Source: an uncultured virus (IMG/VR IMGVR_UViG_3300022555_000019) (taxonomy: Duplodnaviria > Heunggongvirae > Uroviricota > Caudoviricetes). From it: DNA of 64,000 bases. The stretch lies in the IMG/VR virus record IMGVR_UViG_3300022555_000019, one strand, 5' to 3'. Numbering within the stretch: position 1 is the stretch's first letter; every line of letters begins with the position of its first letter. This document shows positions 1-8,821 of the stretch, one piece after another. Under the pieces are notes generated by a model, which saw only the letters and a program-made list of their open reading frames with translations, made no database searches and was not told the DNA's origin. Position numbers and translations under genes: made by a program.

Positions 1-664
1 CTTTTGTTTTTCTTGATAGATATTTTTGATTTAATTTTAAAGACCTTTCATAATGTTTAAGAAATCTATGGTTCTTGATTTTCGTTCCATTAGACAACAC
101 TAAAAAATCTTTTATTCCCAAATCTATTCCTACTGGCATATTCGTTTTAACCATTGGTTCATATTCCATTTCAGTCAATATACTGACAAAATACTTTCCA
201 GTAGGAGTTTTTGATATATTGCAATGTTTGATTATTCCTTTAATTTTTCTTTCCATTATCATTTCTATACCATCAAGGAACTTGGGTATAATTAGTTTTG
301 TTCCATCGTATCTAACATTTTGTGGTATAGTAAAACTATTTTTATTTTTCCTTGATTTAAACCTTGGAAATTGAGTTCTTTTATTAAAAAATCCTTGATA
401 CGCCATATCCAAACATTTTAACGAGTATTGTAGTGTCTGTGAATTTATTTCTTTTAACCAAGTATTAATTTTTTTTATCTGTGTTAGTTCAGCGGCTTGG
501 TCATAGTAGTTTAATGATTTTTTATTATTTAAATATTCATTTTTTCTTTGGTTGAGAAAATAATTAAAAGACCATCTAACAGAACCAAAATGTTTATTCA
601 GTAATGTTTTCTGCTCATCTGTAGGTTCTAACCTAAACTTGTATGTGTATTTAATTATTTTCAT
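1..664 (-). mobile_element. tnpB: TnpB (IS200/IS605-family RNA-guided nuclease), 5' part; runs off the window
   Basis: Not in the ORF track. Manual translation from ATG at 664: MKIIKYTYKFRLEPTDEQKTLLNKHFGSVRWSFNYFL...FPRFKSRK...GIDLGIKDF, a classic TnpB N-terminus plus the RuvC-I aspartate. No tnpA upstream. Confidence 0.93.
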
Positions 665-699
665 TTTCACTTATGAAAAAATCTATATTTTTGTATAAG

Positions 700-726
700 T
701 ATATATTATAAGAAAAAAGTCATATT
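700..726 (-). promoter_or_regulatory. Extended AATATATA (late-type) promoter candidate upstream of tnpB
   Basis: Sense strand reads AAAATGGAAAAATATGACTTTTTTCTTATAATATATA, nearly the same as the motif upstream of the major capsid gene. Confidence 0.55.
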
Positions 727-740
727 TTTCCATTTTTATT

Positions 741-770
741 TTTTTATTCCAAAAATATTATGTAATTTTG
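741..770 (+). promoter_or_regulatory. Bacteroidota-type -7 promoter (TAnnTTTG) with upstream TTTTTTATT element
   Basis: TAATTTTG at 763-770. The same arrangement recurs at 889, 3111, 7969 and 10976. Confidence 0.55.
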
Positions 771-900
771 TTTTCAGTTAATCAAATGTTTAATCTAAAA
801 CAGAAAAAATGAAAAAGATTATAATGTTATTTATTGGTTGTTTTCTTTGACAATCTTTTATAAATTTTTTTTATTCATACATATTCACGATATTTGCAAA

Positions 901-1434
901 ATGAAACATCTACTCAACATAGGCAGAACAATAAGTTATCTTCTACGACACGATCCGAAAGACCTGAATATGGATAAAAATGGGTATGTTCTGGTTGAAG
1001 ATTTATTGAAAAAAATTGAAATTACAAAATCTGATTTGGATTGGATTGTTGAAAATAACGATAAAAAAAGATTTGCTTATTCAGAAGATGGTACAAAAAT
1101 AAGGGCAAGCCAGGGGCATTCCATTAAAGTTGATACTCAATTAAAAACAACCAGACCTCCAATGATTCTTTATCACGGGACCAAACTGGAAAACTTGGGA
1201 TCAATACAAAGAACTGGGCTTGAAAAAAGAAATCGCTTGCATGTTCATTTGACTGACAATTTAGATACTGCGCATGCCGTAGGTAAAAGATATTCAAAAA
1301 GATTTAAACCACTTATTCTGGAAATAAATTCTGGCGCAATGTATGCTGATGGATTTAAATTCTATTTGAGTGAAAATAAAGTATGGCTGACTGATAATGT
1401 ACCATTTAAATACATTAAAATCCAAAAACTATGA
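901..1434 (+). CDS. kptA: RNA 2'-phosphotransferase (Tpt1/KptA)
   Basis: Motifs SYLLRHDP, NDKKRF, IRASQGHS, LYHGT, RLHVHL, SENKVWL. ATG at 901 preferred over TTG at 838. Confidence 0.95.
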   Translation: MKHLLNIGRTISYLLRHDPKDLNMDKNGYVLVEDLLKKIEITKSDLDWIVENNDKKRFAYSEDGTKIRASQGHSIKVDTQLKTTRPPMILYHGTKLENLGSIQRTGLEKRNRLHVHLTDNLDTAHAVGKRYSKRFKPLILEINSGAMYADGFKFYLSENKVWLTDNVPFKYIKIQKL

Positions 1435-1742
1435 AAATTTACAGAGGAACAATTGAAATGAAGAACTGGAACATCATTCCACTTCTTCTGGCAGTAAGTA
1501 AAAGCAACATTAACGGTGATGCCAATGTTTACACAATTCATATTACCCCATTATTCGCATTTGGGATCACATGGAGAACAAAAAGCCCAAAGCCTGATGA
1601 TCCATCACTCGTCAGTAAAAAAGCTGTTACAGAGCTTAGAAATGAGCTCTACGATAGTTTACCGACTGGGGAAATCAGCGCATGGGATTTAACAAGTGTT
1701 ATTAGTGCCCATATTAAAAAATTGGACGAATTAACAAAATGA
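1431..1742 (+). CDS. hypothetical protein
   Basis: ATGA overlap with kptA; 103 aa. Confidence 0.7.
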   Translation: MKIYRGTIEMKNWNIIPLLLAVSKSNINGDANVYTIHITPLFAFGITWRTKSPKPDDPSLVSKKAVTELRNELYDSLPTGEISAWDLTSVISAHIKKLDELTK

Positions 1743-1915
1743 AAAACGAAACGTTATTCAAAATACTTTTCATATCTTTAATCGCAATATATGCTATTGT
1801 TTTTGACTACATGGTTGGATATGCGGTTCTAACTCTTTATTTTATCAGCATAGTATTAAAATTATTAGCTATACGCTTCAGAAATAAAATTTTAAAACAT
1901 AGCAAAATAAAATGA
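1739..1915 (+). CDS. small membrane protein (58 aa)
   Basis: MKNETLFKILFISLIAIYAIVFDYMVGYAVLTLYFISIVLKLLAIRFRNK...; ATGA overlaps at both ends; below the ORF-track cutoff. Confidence 0.65.
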   Translation: MKNETLFKILFISLIAIYAIVFDYMVGYAVLTLYFISIVLKLLAIRFRNKILKHSKIK

Positions 1916-2124
1916 AAATCGAAATAATAAAGGAGAACGGTAAAACATTTGAAGGATCGGAGCCTGAGTTTACACGAATTCACGATGAAAGTTGGAGTGG
2001 AAAGCATACAAGATATACCCGTTGCTGTATATGCGATAAACTTGTAGCACGGCAAGCAAGATCATGGCATAGAAGTATTCATATTGACGAAGATAATAAT
2101 AACCGATATATAATTAACTTTTAA
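1912..2124 (+). CDS. hypothetical protein with C/H cluster
   Basis: CCICD...HRSIH; coupled to the upstream ORF. Confidence 0.65.
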   Translation: MKIEIIKENGKTFEGSEPEFTRIHDESWSGKHTRYTRCCICDKLVARQARSWHRSIHIDEDNNNRYIINF

Positions 2125-2137
2125 TGTAATGTAATCT

Positions 2138-2392
2138 AAAAATCGGAGTTAAATATTTGATCTCACGCTGATTGAAAAATCAGAGGAAGTTCGCCACTAC
2201 GTTGCTCAAGGTTGGAGACCTAAACAGTCGTTTGCACAACCGAGGTAGCAATCCTAACAGTTCGAGAAGGTGAGCAATTCTAAAGAACGGGTTGGAGCAC
2301 CTCTTCATAAAGAAGAGGAAGTCGAAAGACTTAGATAAATGTGGGGTTTAAATGACAGAATGGCGGCTATAGAATATTTAACTTTGATTTTT
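2138..2392 (+). ncRNA. rnpB: RNase P RNA, minimal type-A-like form (catalytic domain, S-domain almost absent)
   Basis: P1 2138-2157/2373-2392; P2 2159-2166/2341-2348; P3 CTGATT-GAAA-AATCAG; GAGGAAGTTCGCCA (2183-2196) pairs with ACAGAA-TGGCGGCT (P4 with bulged U); P5 CTAC/GTAG followed by CAA; P6 pseudoknot TTGCTCA 2202-2208/TGAGCAA 2271-2277; conserved TAGATAAATG before the 3' strand of P2. Confidence 0.9.
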
Positions 2393-2525
2393 TTTATTTT
2401 TTTTAATAGATTCACTCAAATTCTTTCTATGTTTTTCAGTATATGTATATCCGCAAACACCATCACCCCCATTAGTCAAATTTAGCAACGGTCCTTTATT
2501 CAAATCTTTTCTACCTATCTTTACA
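2378..2525 (-). pseudogene. Remnant of GIY-YIG/NUMOD3-type homing endonuclease
   Basis: Only the C-terminal fragment GRKDLNKGPLLNLTNGGDGVCGYTYTEKHRKNLSES is present; upstream part of the track ORF is the shadow of a plus-strand gene. Confidence 0.6.
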
Positions 2526-2542
2526 TGAAAATTTGAGCATAA

Positions 2543-2806
2543 ATGAAAGTCTCTCCGCTTGGAAGTTGTCGATTTGAAAAAGGTGATTGGGTTGAAATTG
2601 TAGGAAATATTCCGTTTCCATTGAAAGATAAACCACGCCCAATAATTGGTAGAGTTACCCATGTAAACGGTGCATACGTTTTAGTAAGACCAAAATATCA
2701 ACATTGGGAAGCTGAATTTTACCATAACGAATTGCAGCCATCCAAAACTGAACTAAGAAAACTTAAACTCAATAAAATCAATGGAAAACAAGGAAAAAAT
2801 ATATGA
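2543..2806 (+). CDS. hypothetical protein (SH3/KOW-like) with C-terminal RKxKL tag
   Basis: FEKGDWVEIV...IGRVTHV; ends ELRKLKLNKIN. Confidence 0.7.
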   Translation: MKVSPLGSCRFEKGDWVEIVGNIPFPLKDKPRPIIGRVTHVNGAYVLVRPKYQHWEAEFYHNELQPSKTELRKLKLNKINGKQGKNI

Positions 2807-3086
2807 CGAGCAAATTGCGCCATTAATGGCTAAAATTATTGAAATTTGCAAAAAAGAAGATATTGCAATATTTGCAGAATTCCAAATTGCCGATAACGAT
2901 TTTTGTACTACCTTAATATCAAATAAGAACAAACACCACTGTTTATTTCCGTTACTCAATGCATTAACAAGTTGTATGGAAGGAACTGGTATCAATATTG
3001 ATAAGTTTTATATCTGGCTGTCTCAAAAATATTCAAATAAATCCAGCGTAATTATGAAACTTCTTGGTAAAGAACCAACTGGCTGA
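2781..3086 (+). CDS. hypothetical protein
   Basis: 101 aa ORF in the plus-strand operon. Confidence 0.7.
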   Translation: MENKEKIYDEQIAPLMAKIIEICKKEDIAIFAEFQIADNDFCTTLISNKNKHHCLFPLLNALTSCMEGTGINIDKFYIWLSQKYSNKSSVIMKLLGKEPTG

Positions 3087-3133
3087 TTTTTTTTATTCAC
3101 AAATTTTTTATACTTTTGTAAAAAATAAAAATT

Positions 3134-3736
3134 ATGGAACTACGAATGTTTTTTCTTGTAATGTACAATTTGTCCCCAATTCAGCAGGGAATCCAAGCTG
3201 GGCATTGTGCATTAAGGTATAGTCGCAAATATAAAGATGATGAAACTTTTGGCGATTTTGTTGATAATTATGAAACATTCGTATTGCTTAACGGTGGCAC
3301 ATCCAATTCGGGGTTTATTCAAGAACGGGAAATTGTATACAAAGACGGAACAGTTGATATTAAAGGAGTATATGATGAATTAGCTAAGGGGTCTATGGAA
3401 ATGCATGAAAAATATCTTATTGAAAATAAAATTCCATTTACTGCGTTTCGTGAACCAGATGCCAACAAATCATTAACTGCGCTTTGCTTCATTTGTGATG
3501 AACGAGTCTTTAAAATGAAAGAATACCCACCATTTAAGGATTGGATAAAGGACAACGTTGAATTCATGATAACCCCAGAATTTAATGACCCAGATTTGGA
3601 AATGTTCCTCGATACTGAAGAACCGCCATACAATCACCCAAAGCTTAACGACTTATACATAAAATGGGTAGAATTTATTGGGGGTGCTGAAAACGTTGCA
3701 AAAAAGAATTTAATCCAAGGTAAAAAACTCGCATAA
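3134..3736 (+). CDS. peptidyl-tRNA hydrolase 2 (Pth2)-superfamily protein, phage type
   Basis: YNLSPIQQGIQAGHCA and FREPDANKSLTALCFI motifs; TACTTTTG promoter at 3111. Confidence 0.7.
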   Translation: MELRMFFLVMYNLSPIQQGIQAGHCALRYSRKYKDDETFGDFVDNYETFVLLNGGTSNSGFIQEREIVYKDGTVDIKGVYDELAKGSMEMHEKYLIENKIPFTAFREPDANKSLTALCFICDERVFKMKEYPPFKDWIKDNVEFMITPEFNDPDLEMFLDTEEPPYNHPKLNDLYIKWVEFIGGAENVAKKNLIQGKKLA

Positions 3737-4095
3737 TGTCAAGAGGTGAAAAATTAAAATATCCGTTTGCTATACGTACACTTGAAGAACGAGTCACGTT
3801 AGAAAAGTCATATCTTCCAATATTCAAAAGTAAACTTAGCCAAGCCTTAAAGATTATTGCTGAACATATACGTGAAGATGCAATCGCTGAAGAATTAGCA
3901 TCGGATAGAATGATGGAATGTCATTCCTTTCGTGAATTACCAGCCAGCCCAGTAAATACTAAAGAACTGGATGGTGCTAAAAATACAGTGGAATGGGCAA
4001 ATAAAAACATCGAAAGCTGCGAATATAGAATTACCGAATTGCAAGGCAGTATAGATGCTTTAGAATTATACATCAAAACCGATAAAAATGGATAG
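3736..4095 (+). CDS. hypothetical coiled-coil protein
   Basis: 119 aa; ends in TAG overlapping the next start. Confidence 0.7.
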   Translation: MSRGEKLKYPFAIRTLEERVTLEKSYLPIFKSKLSQALKIIAEHIREDAIAEELASDRMMECHSFRELPASPVNTKELDGAKNTVEWANKNIESCEYRITELQGSIDALELYIKTDKNG

Positions 4096-4570
4096 ACTTA
4101 TCGAAGGTGTATATATTTTTTATATTGATAAGGATTATAGCAATGACAATAATGATCCAGTAAAAAACTTTGCCGAGGCATTTCTTGTAAAAATTATAGG
4201 AACTGCTAAAATTACATCTACAATCACACCAAAACAAGAACAAGATATAACAAATGGAATTTTAAAACTGAGAAATAGTGAAATTCTATATATGATTAAT
4301 TTTCTCTGTGATCACTATTATAACTTAAGCGGTAATAATCCAGAAGTTAAAGCAGCCGAAAGAATATTGGCTAACCCTGCGTTCAACATATATCGTGATA
4401 TTATTTTATTTATGGTTGATGACCCTGATGATCGTGATAAATCATCATACTTAACAATTCAAGAGTATGAAAAAAAGCTCAATATAAAAATATTCTATGA
4501 CGAAAAGGATTACATTAGCGTAAAGCAACAGAGAAAAATGAAATTAGAAAAAATATTTAATAATGAATAG
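4088..4570 (+). CDS. hypothetical protein, paralog of the next gene
   Basis: MDRLIEGVY vs MNRIIDGVY; shared ITPxQEQ, ILKLxNxEILYMI, EKDYI; C-terminal RKMKLEKI. Confidence 0.8.
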   Translation: MDRLIEGVYIFYIDKDYSNDNNDPVKNFAEAFLVKIIGTAKITSTITPKQEQDITNGILKLRNSEILYMINFLCDHYYNLSGNNPEVKAAERILANPAFNIYRDIILFMVDDPDDRDKSSYLTIQEYEKKLNIKIFYDEKDYISVKQQRKMKLEKIFNNE

Positions 4571-5003
4571 AATTATAGACGGGGTATACTGCTATTTTCA
4601 CGATTCTGGCAATGATGTGGTTGATAAATTCGCCAAGTCTATTATTAATAAGGCAATAGGGTCTCCAGAAATATCGCCAGCAATAACTCCGTCACAAGAG
4701 CAAAATTTGAAAAATGAAATTTTAAAATTAAAAAATAATGAAATTTTATATATGATAACGTATTTCTGTGACAATTACAGTTTATTCGATACTAAACCAC
4801 TACAAAGAATATTATCAGATAAGGCACTAAGCACATACCATCATGTACTTCTAACACTGTGTGATATTGATGATTGCTCCCCCAAAATTTTAGAATATGA
4901 AAAAATATTAAAAATAAGAATTTTCAATGATGAAAAAGACTACATCATCATAAAGAAACAAAGAAAAGCAAAATTAAAAAAATTAAATAAATTATTTGAA
5001 TGA
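4563..5003 (+). CDS. hypothetical protein, paralog of the previous gene
   Basis: Same shared blocks; C-terminal RKAKLKKL. Confidence 0.8.
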   Translation: MNRIIDGVYCYFHDSGNDVVDKFAKSIINKAIGSPEISPAITPSQEQNLKNEILKLKNNEILYMITYFCDNYSLFDTKPLQRILSDKALSTYHHVLLTLCDIDDCSPKILEYEKILKIRIFNDEKDYIIIKKQRKAKLKKLNKLFE

Positions 5004-5377
5004 GAGTAATCGTAAAAATATCGGATGAAGCTAAGGGATTATCATATTCCGAAGATGTAACAGCATCAATGCGGGACATTTGGAGAAGGTATAATACTAA
5101 TGGCGCAAATCCTCAATTAAAAGACAAAACTTTTGATTGGTGGGTAAGACCAATCGCATGTACTGCCGATGACATTGATCAATTTAATAACATTGAAAAT
5201 AATCATTTTATTTTTGGCTGGATGGAATGTTTTGCCCAATCACACAGACTTCAAGAATGGATGTATGATGCAGACACAATTAAAATTGAAGTTTTAAATG
5301 AAAAAGACAAAATTTATTCAAAAGATGAAAATATTCCGCATAAAAAACGTTTAAGACTAAATAAACCAAAATCATGA
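5000..5377 (+). CDS. hypothetical protein
   Basis: 125 aa with ATGA overlaps. Confidence 0.7.
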   Translation: MRVIVKISDEAKGLSYSEDVTASMRDIWRRYNTNGANPQLKDKTFDWWVRPIACTADDIDQFNNIENNHFIFGWMECFAQSHRLQEWMYDADTIKIEVLNEKDKIYSKDENIPHKKRLRLNKPKS

Positions 5378-6381
5378 AAAAAAAATTAGAAGGGTGTAAT
5401 TTTATAATTACAGCCATAAACGGTAGAATGGCATTGCAATATTCGAAAGCATCGGATTTTTACAGAAATTTGAGCAAAAAACTTAAAACGTCTGTTATTG
5501 TTGATAATACAGTAAACGAACTATATCGTCATAAAGAAATAGGTGAATTTGGATTAAATTGCTGGTTTCTGAACGATGTTCCTCTTAAAGGCTTATCCAA
5601 TGACGAGATTTTAAAATTGAGGAAGCTAATCGAAGATAATGGGGGTGAAATTCGATTTGACCCATATATCAATTGGTCCCTTTTTGGTATTCATAAAGGA
5701 TTAATTGATTTCATGTTCACCAAGGATTATACATATGTCATTGATTATAATACTCAATATTTAATAGTATCTGCAAAACTGCCCAGAGCAAGAAGAGCGG
5801 GTGAAAATAATCATCATCCAGCGAATGTTGAATTAAATGATTTTTTTACCAGACTTAATCATAAGGATATTTTTCCAAGCCAAACCCACAAAAATGCATG
5901 GGAATGTTATGACATAGACCCAATTGAGGTTAAAATGATGCTTATGAAAGCTGGGGCTAAAGTAAAATTCACAGAAAATATTAAGCCTTACAAAAAAGTT
6001 GCTGAACCAATCGCTAATATTCACAACGCTGTAAGTATTGTCAGATCAATTCGGGAAATGGACTCAACTATTGATAGGATGTCATTAATGGAAATTGATG
6101 CATTAAAATTTAGAATAAACAGGATTGAGCACGACAAAATTAAAGAAGATCGCAAGCAATATGGCATTCATTATATTTCAGAACATATGGATGTTAATTG
6201 TGATATGACAGGTATGGAAGTTGAAATTCGATTGAGTAACGGCAATATTGTTCGTGGTAAAGTGTCACTCCACGAGAATGAATGTCATACTAACATGACA
6301 ATTGTTTTGGATGAAAACCTTCACATAAACTTCAGTTGTGCTGGAATCCAAATACTCGACACAAAAGAAAGATGGTCATGA
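5374..6381 (+). CDS. hypothetical protein
   Basis: 335 aa ORF, no motif recognised. Confidence 0.75.
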   Translation: MKKKLEGCNFIITAINGRMALQYSKASDFYRNLSKKLKTSVIVDNTVNELYRHKEIGEFGLNCWFLNDVPLKGLSNDEILKLRKLIEDNGGEIRFDPYINWSLFGIHKGLIDFMFTKDYTYVIDYNTQYLIVSAKLPRARRAGENNHHPANVELNDFFTRLNHKDIFPSQTHKNAWECYDIDPIEVKMMLMKAGAKVKFTENIKPYKKVAEPIANIHNAVSIVRSIREMDSTIDRMSLMEIDALKFRINRIEHDKIKEDRKQYGIHYISEHMDVNCDMTGMEVEIRLSNGNIVRGKVSLHENECHTNMTIVLDENLHINFSCAGIQILDTKERWS

Positions 6382-6698
6382 AAAACAATAAATCACAAGG
6401 TGTAGACATAGTCTATCAAGTCGAAAAATATATGGCGGATAAATTTGATGGAAAGTTATTTGTTCACATATCACTTATTAAAATAGGTAGGCAGTACAGT
6501 GTTGATAAAGATTGGTATACTGTTCTAAATGGAATTGTTTATTGCATCGAAGGAACAAAATTGACCCCAAGTGGTGATAAATTAATCAGTATGGAATCTG
6601 AATGTAAACGGGTTGGGGTGTACAATCCAAATAAAACATACAAGCGGGTAATTAAATATTACACATATTCACAATTAAAAAAACGTCTGACATTATGA
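6378..6698 (+). CDS. hypothetical protein
   Basis: Likely ATG start at 6378 (ATGA overlap), MKNNKSQG... Confidence 0.65.
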   Translation: MKNNKSQGVDIVYQVEKYMADKFDGKLFVHISLIKIGRQYSVDKDWYTVLNGIVYCIEGTKLTPSGDKLISMESECKRVGVYNPNKTYKRVIKYYTYSQLKKRLTL

Positions 6699-7225
6699 AA
6701 GATATGAAAAAAATCATCGAAAAAATACTCTTTCAGAGTAAATGGGTTCTGGTACCATTTTATCTTGGGCTTATAATTGCACAGGTTGTTTATTTATTTT
6801 GGTATTCACAAAATCTTTATCATATGCTCACATGCGCAACAAGTGTGACAAAAGAACAGGGAATGCTTATAGTGCTTGAGCTCGTTGATATAGTCATGAT
6901 CGCTAACCTTATTAAAATGATCATTTCTGGGTCATATACATCATTTATCACTAAGGATCATCACGAGGCATCAGAAAAATCAAGTTCTGGGCTATTAAAA
7001 GTAAAAATGTCAACATCATTAATTGGTGTTAGCTCAATACATCTTTTACAATCATTTATCAATGCAGAAAAGGTGGATTGGTCCACAATTCAAAAGCAAG
7101 TTTTAATACATGGAGTATTTCTTGTCGGAGCATTTGTTCTAATGATGATCGAATACTTTCATGTTAAAGCTGAAGCCATTGAAGATCAAAAAGAATTAGC
7201 TGTTCAAAAAGAATTAAATCACTAA
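6695..7225 (+). CDS. yqhA: YqhA/UPF0114 family membrane protein
   Basis: SKWVLVPFYLGL, LELVDIVMIANL, SGSYTSF, LKVKMSTSLIGVSSIHLLQSFI. Confidence 0.85.
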   Translation: MKDMKKIIEKILFQSKWVLVPFYLGLIIAQVVYLFWYSQNLYHMLTCATSVTKEQGMLIVLELVDIVMIANLIKMIISGSYTSFITKDHHEASEKSSSGLLKVKMSTSLIGVSSIHLLQSFINAEKVDWSTIQKQVLIHGVFLVGAFVLMMIEYFHVKAEAIEDQKELAVQKELNH

Positions 7226-7343
7226 CCATTATGGAAAATAAATTCATTAAAGTGTCTTGGAACAAAGCCGTTTGGAACGAAGTTGTCAAGGCAACTAAGT
7301 TGTTTTTTGAACCATTATTCTGGATTAAAAACTTATTTAAAAA

Positions 7344-7754
7344 ATGATAAATATAAGATACCAACTGTATTGCACTCAGTGTAGCAGAGAATATAAGGAA
7401 GAACAGTTCGATAGTATGGACGATGTATTAAAATATTATCCAAAGAATTGGGTAAGAAAAAAGGTATTAAATGGCTCCGATTGGGATTTCTGCCCAAAAT
7501 GTATTGTGAACAAAAAAGAATTAATAGCGGAGATATTAGAAAAATTGGGGTTATACCAAAATGATGACTGGGCACCATTTGAGGCTGTCATTAAATTGAA
7601 AAGCAACGACTTAACAATTTTGGTTAAACAGGATGGTAATTGGGAATGGTATAACAAAAAATATTTTGATGAAATTAATGCAGACCAAGATGATAAAGAT
7701 GAGCTTCTATCGTTTTGGATGCCAATTGATGGGAAGGAGGATGAAATCGTATGA
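7344..7754 (+). CDS. hypothetical protein with CxxC/CxxC zinc ribbon
   Basis: CTQC...DFCPKC. Confidence 0.7.
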   Translation: MINIRYQLYCTQCSREYKEEQFDSMDDVLKYYPKNWVRKKVLNGSDWDFCPKCIVNKKELIAEILEKLGLYQNDDWAPFEAVIKLKSNDLTILVKQDGNWEWYNKKYFDEINADQDDKDELLSFWMPIDGKEDEIV

Positions 7755-7933
7755 TAATTCTAATATTTATTACTGGGATCATATTTTTATTCCTAAGTTC
7801 ATTTACTACAATAGAAACTTGGGTTCCAAGCAAGCAGTATTCTACGTTGTATAGCCATTACGGATTATACAATATTATTATGCTTATTTTGGGACTATCA
7901 TTTATTATTGGGGCATTTTTAACTTTAAAATAA
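7751..7933 (+). CDS. small membrane protein
   Basis: Two hydrophobic segments, 60 aa. Confidence 0.6.
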   Translation: MIILIFITGIIFLFLSSFTTIETWVPSKQYSTLYSHYGLYNIIMLILGLSFIIGAFLTLK

Positions 7934-8002
7934 TTGTTTAAAAATTTTTTTTATAAGAAAAAAGGTTTTACATTTGCATCATTAAACCTAACACAAACTA
8001 AT

Positions 8003-8371
8003 ATGGCAACCGTTTCAAATAAAAAATCCGTTGATAAAGTCGGTGGATGTGCATTTTGCTCACAAGGAGTAATGACAAACGGTCATCTTGTATATCCATA
8101 TGAAAATGAAGGTATCCATGAGCTCCGCAGTAGCGGAAGAGGAAATGTTGTTGTTCCGATTTGCCCCGATTGTTTGGTTGATATTGCAAAATTTGTAAAA
8201 GCAAATGCAGACGTTGAGTTTGCTAAAAATAATCCAGTATTAGCAAAAAGAATAAACGAAATTGAAGATAACATTGAAGATATTAAAAAAACACCAGCAT
8301 TAGCGAAAAAAATGAATGACTCTCTAATGGATTTGCACTCTCTAATGGATTTGCAAAATTTGCTAAAATAA
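8003..8371 (+). CDS. hypothetical protein with CxxC pair
   Basis: ATG at 8003 after TACATTTG promoter (7969); CAFC...CPDC. Confidence 0.7.
   Translation: MATVSNKKSVDKVGGCAFCSQGVMTNGHLVYPYENEGIHELRSSGRGNVVVPICPDCLVDIAKFVKANADVEFAKNNPVLAKRINEIEDNIEDIKKTPALAKKMNDSLMDLHSLMDLQNLLK
8319..8354. repeat. Exact 18-bp tandem duplication
   Basis: ACTCTCTAATGGATTTGC x2, giving DSLMDL-HSLMDL. Confidence 0.9.
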
Positions 8372-8419
8372 ATTTAAACAAACAACAAAAATTAATATAT
8401 AACTCAAAAAACAGAAACT

Positions 8420-8806
8420 ATGACGTAGGTAAAAAAATTAACAATCGTATCAAGACGTGATTTAAGTGCAGGGTACCAAGCTACTCAGGCGGCCCATTCT
8501 TTAGCACAATTTATCTTTGAACACCCAGCAGAAGCTACCCAATGGTTCAAAGACCCATATTTAGCAGTATTATCAGTCCAAAACGAGGAAGAGTTAAATT
8601 CCCTCATTGCTAAATTAGAAAAATCCAAAGTAAAATATTCCATCTTTCGTGAACCTGATATCAACAATCAGATCACAGCAATCGCTATAGAACCATCTGA
8701 TCAAACCAGACGGCTCACATCATCTATTCCCAAAATGTTACGTGAATACAATTTAACTGGATTGATCGATAAAAATTCGTTCCAGAAAGAAGAATGTTTT
8801 AACTAA
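8420..8806 (+). CDS. Pth2-family peptidyl-tRNA hydrolase with in-frame TAG at codon 3 (read-through candidate)
   Basis: ATG ACG TAG then open frame: VKKLTIVSRRDLSAGYQATQAAHSLA...VLSVQNEEELNSL...IFREPDINNQITAIAIEP...TAA. No in-frame ATG/GTG/TTG until near the C-terminus. Missed by the ORF track. Confidence 0.8.
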
Positions 8807-8821
8807 AAGAAAGGAGAAATT

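Noticed and set aside
75..374. Track ORF on plus strand
   Set aside because: Antisense shadow of tnpB.
809..850. Short ORF MKKIIMLFIGCFL after a TAnnTTTG promoter
   Set aside because: Looks like a truncated signal-peptide stub; too short to support.
8485..8667. Track ORF on minus strand
   Set aside because: Shadow of the amber-interrupted Pth2 frame.
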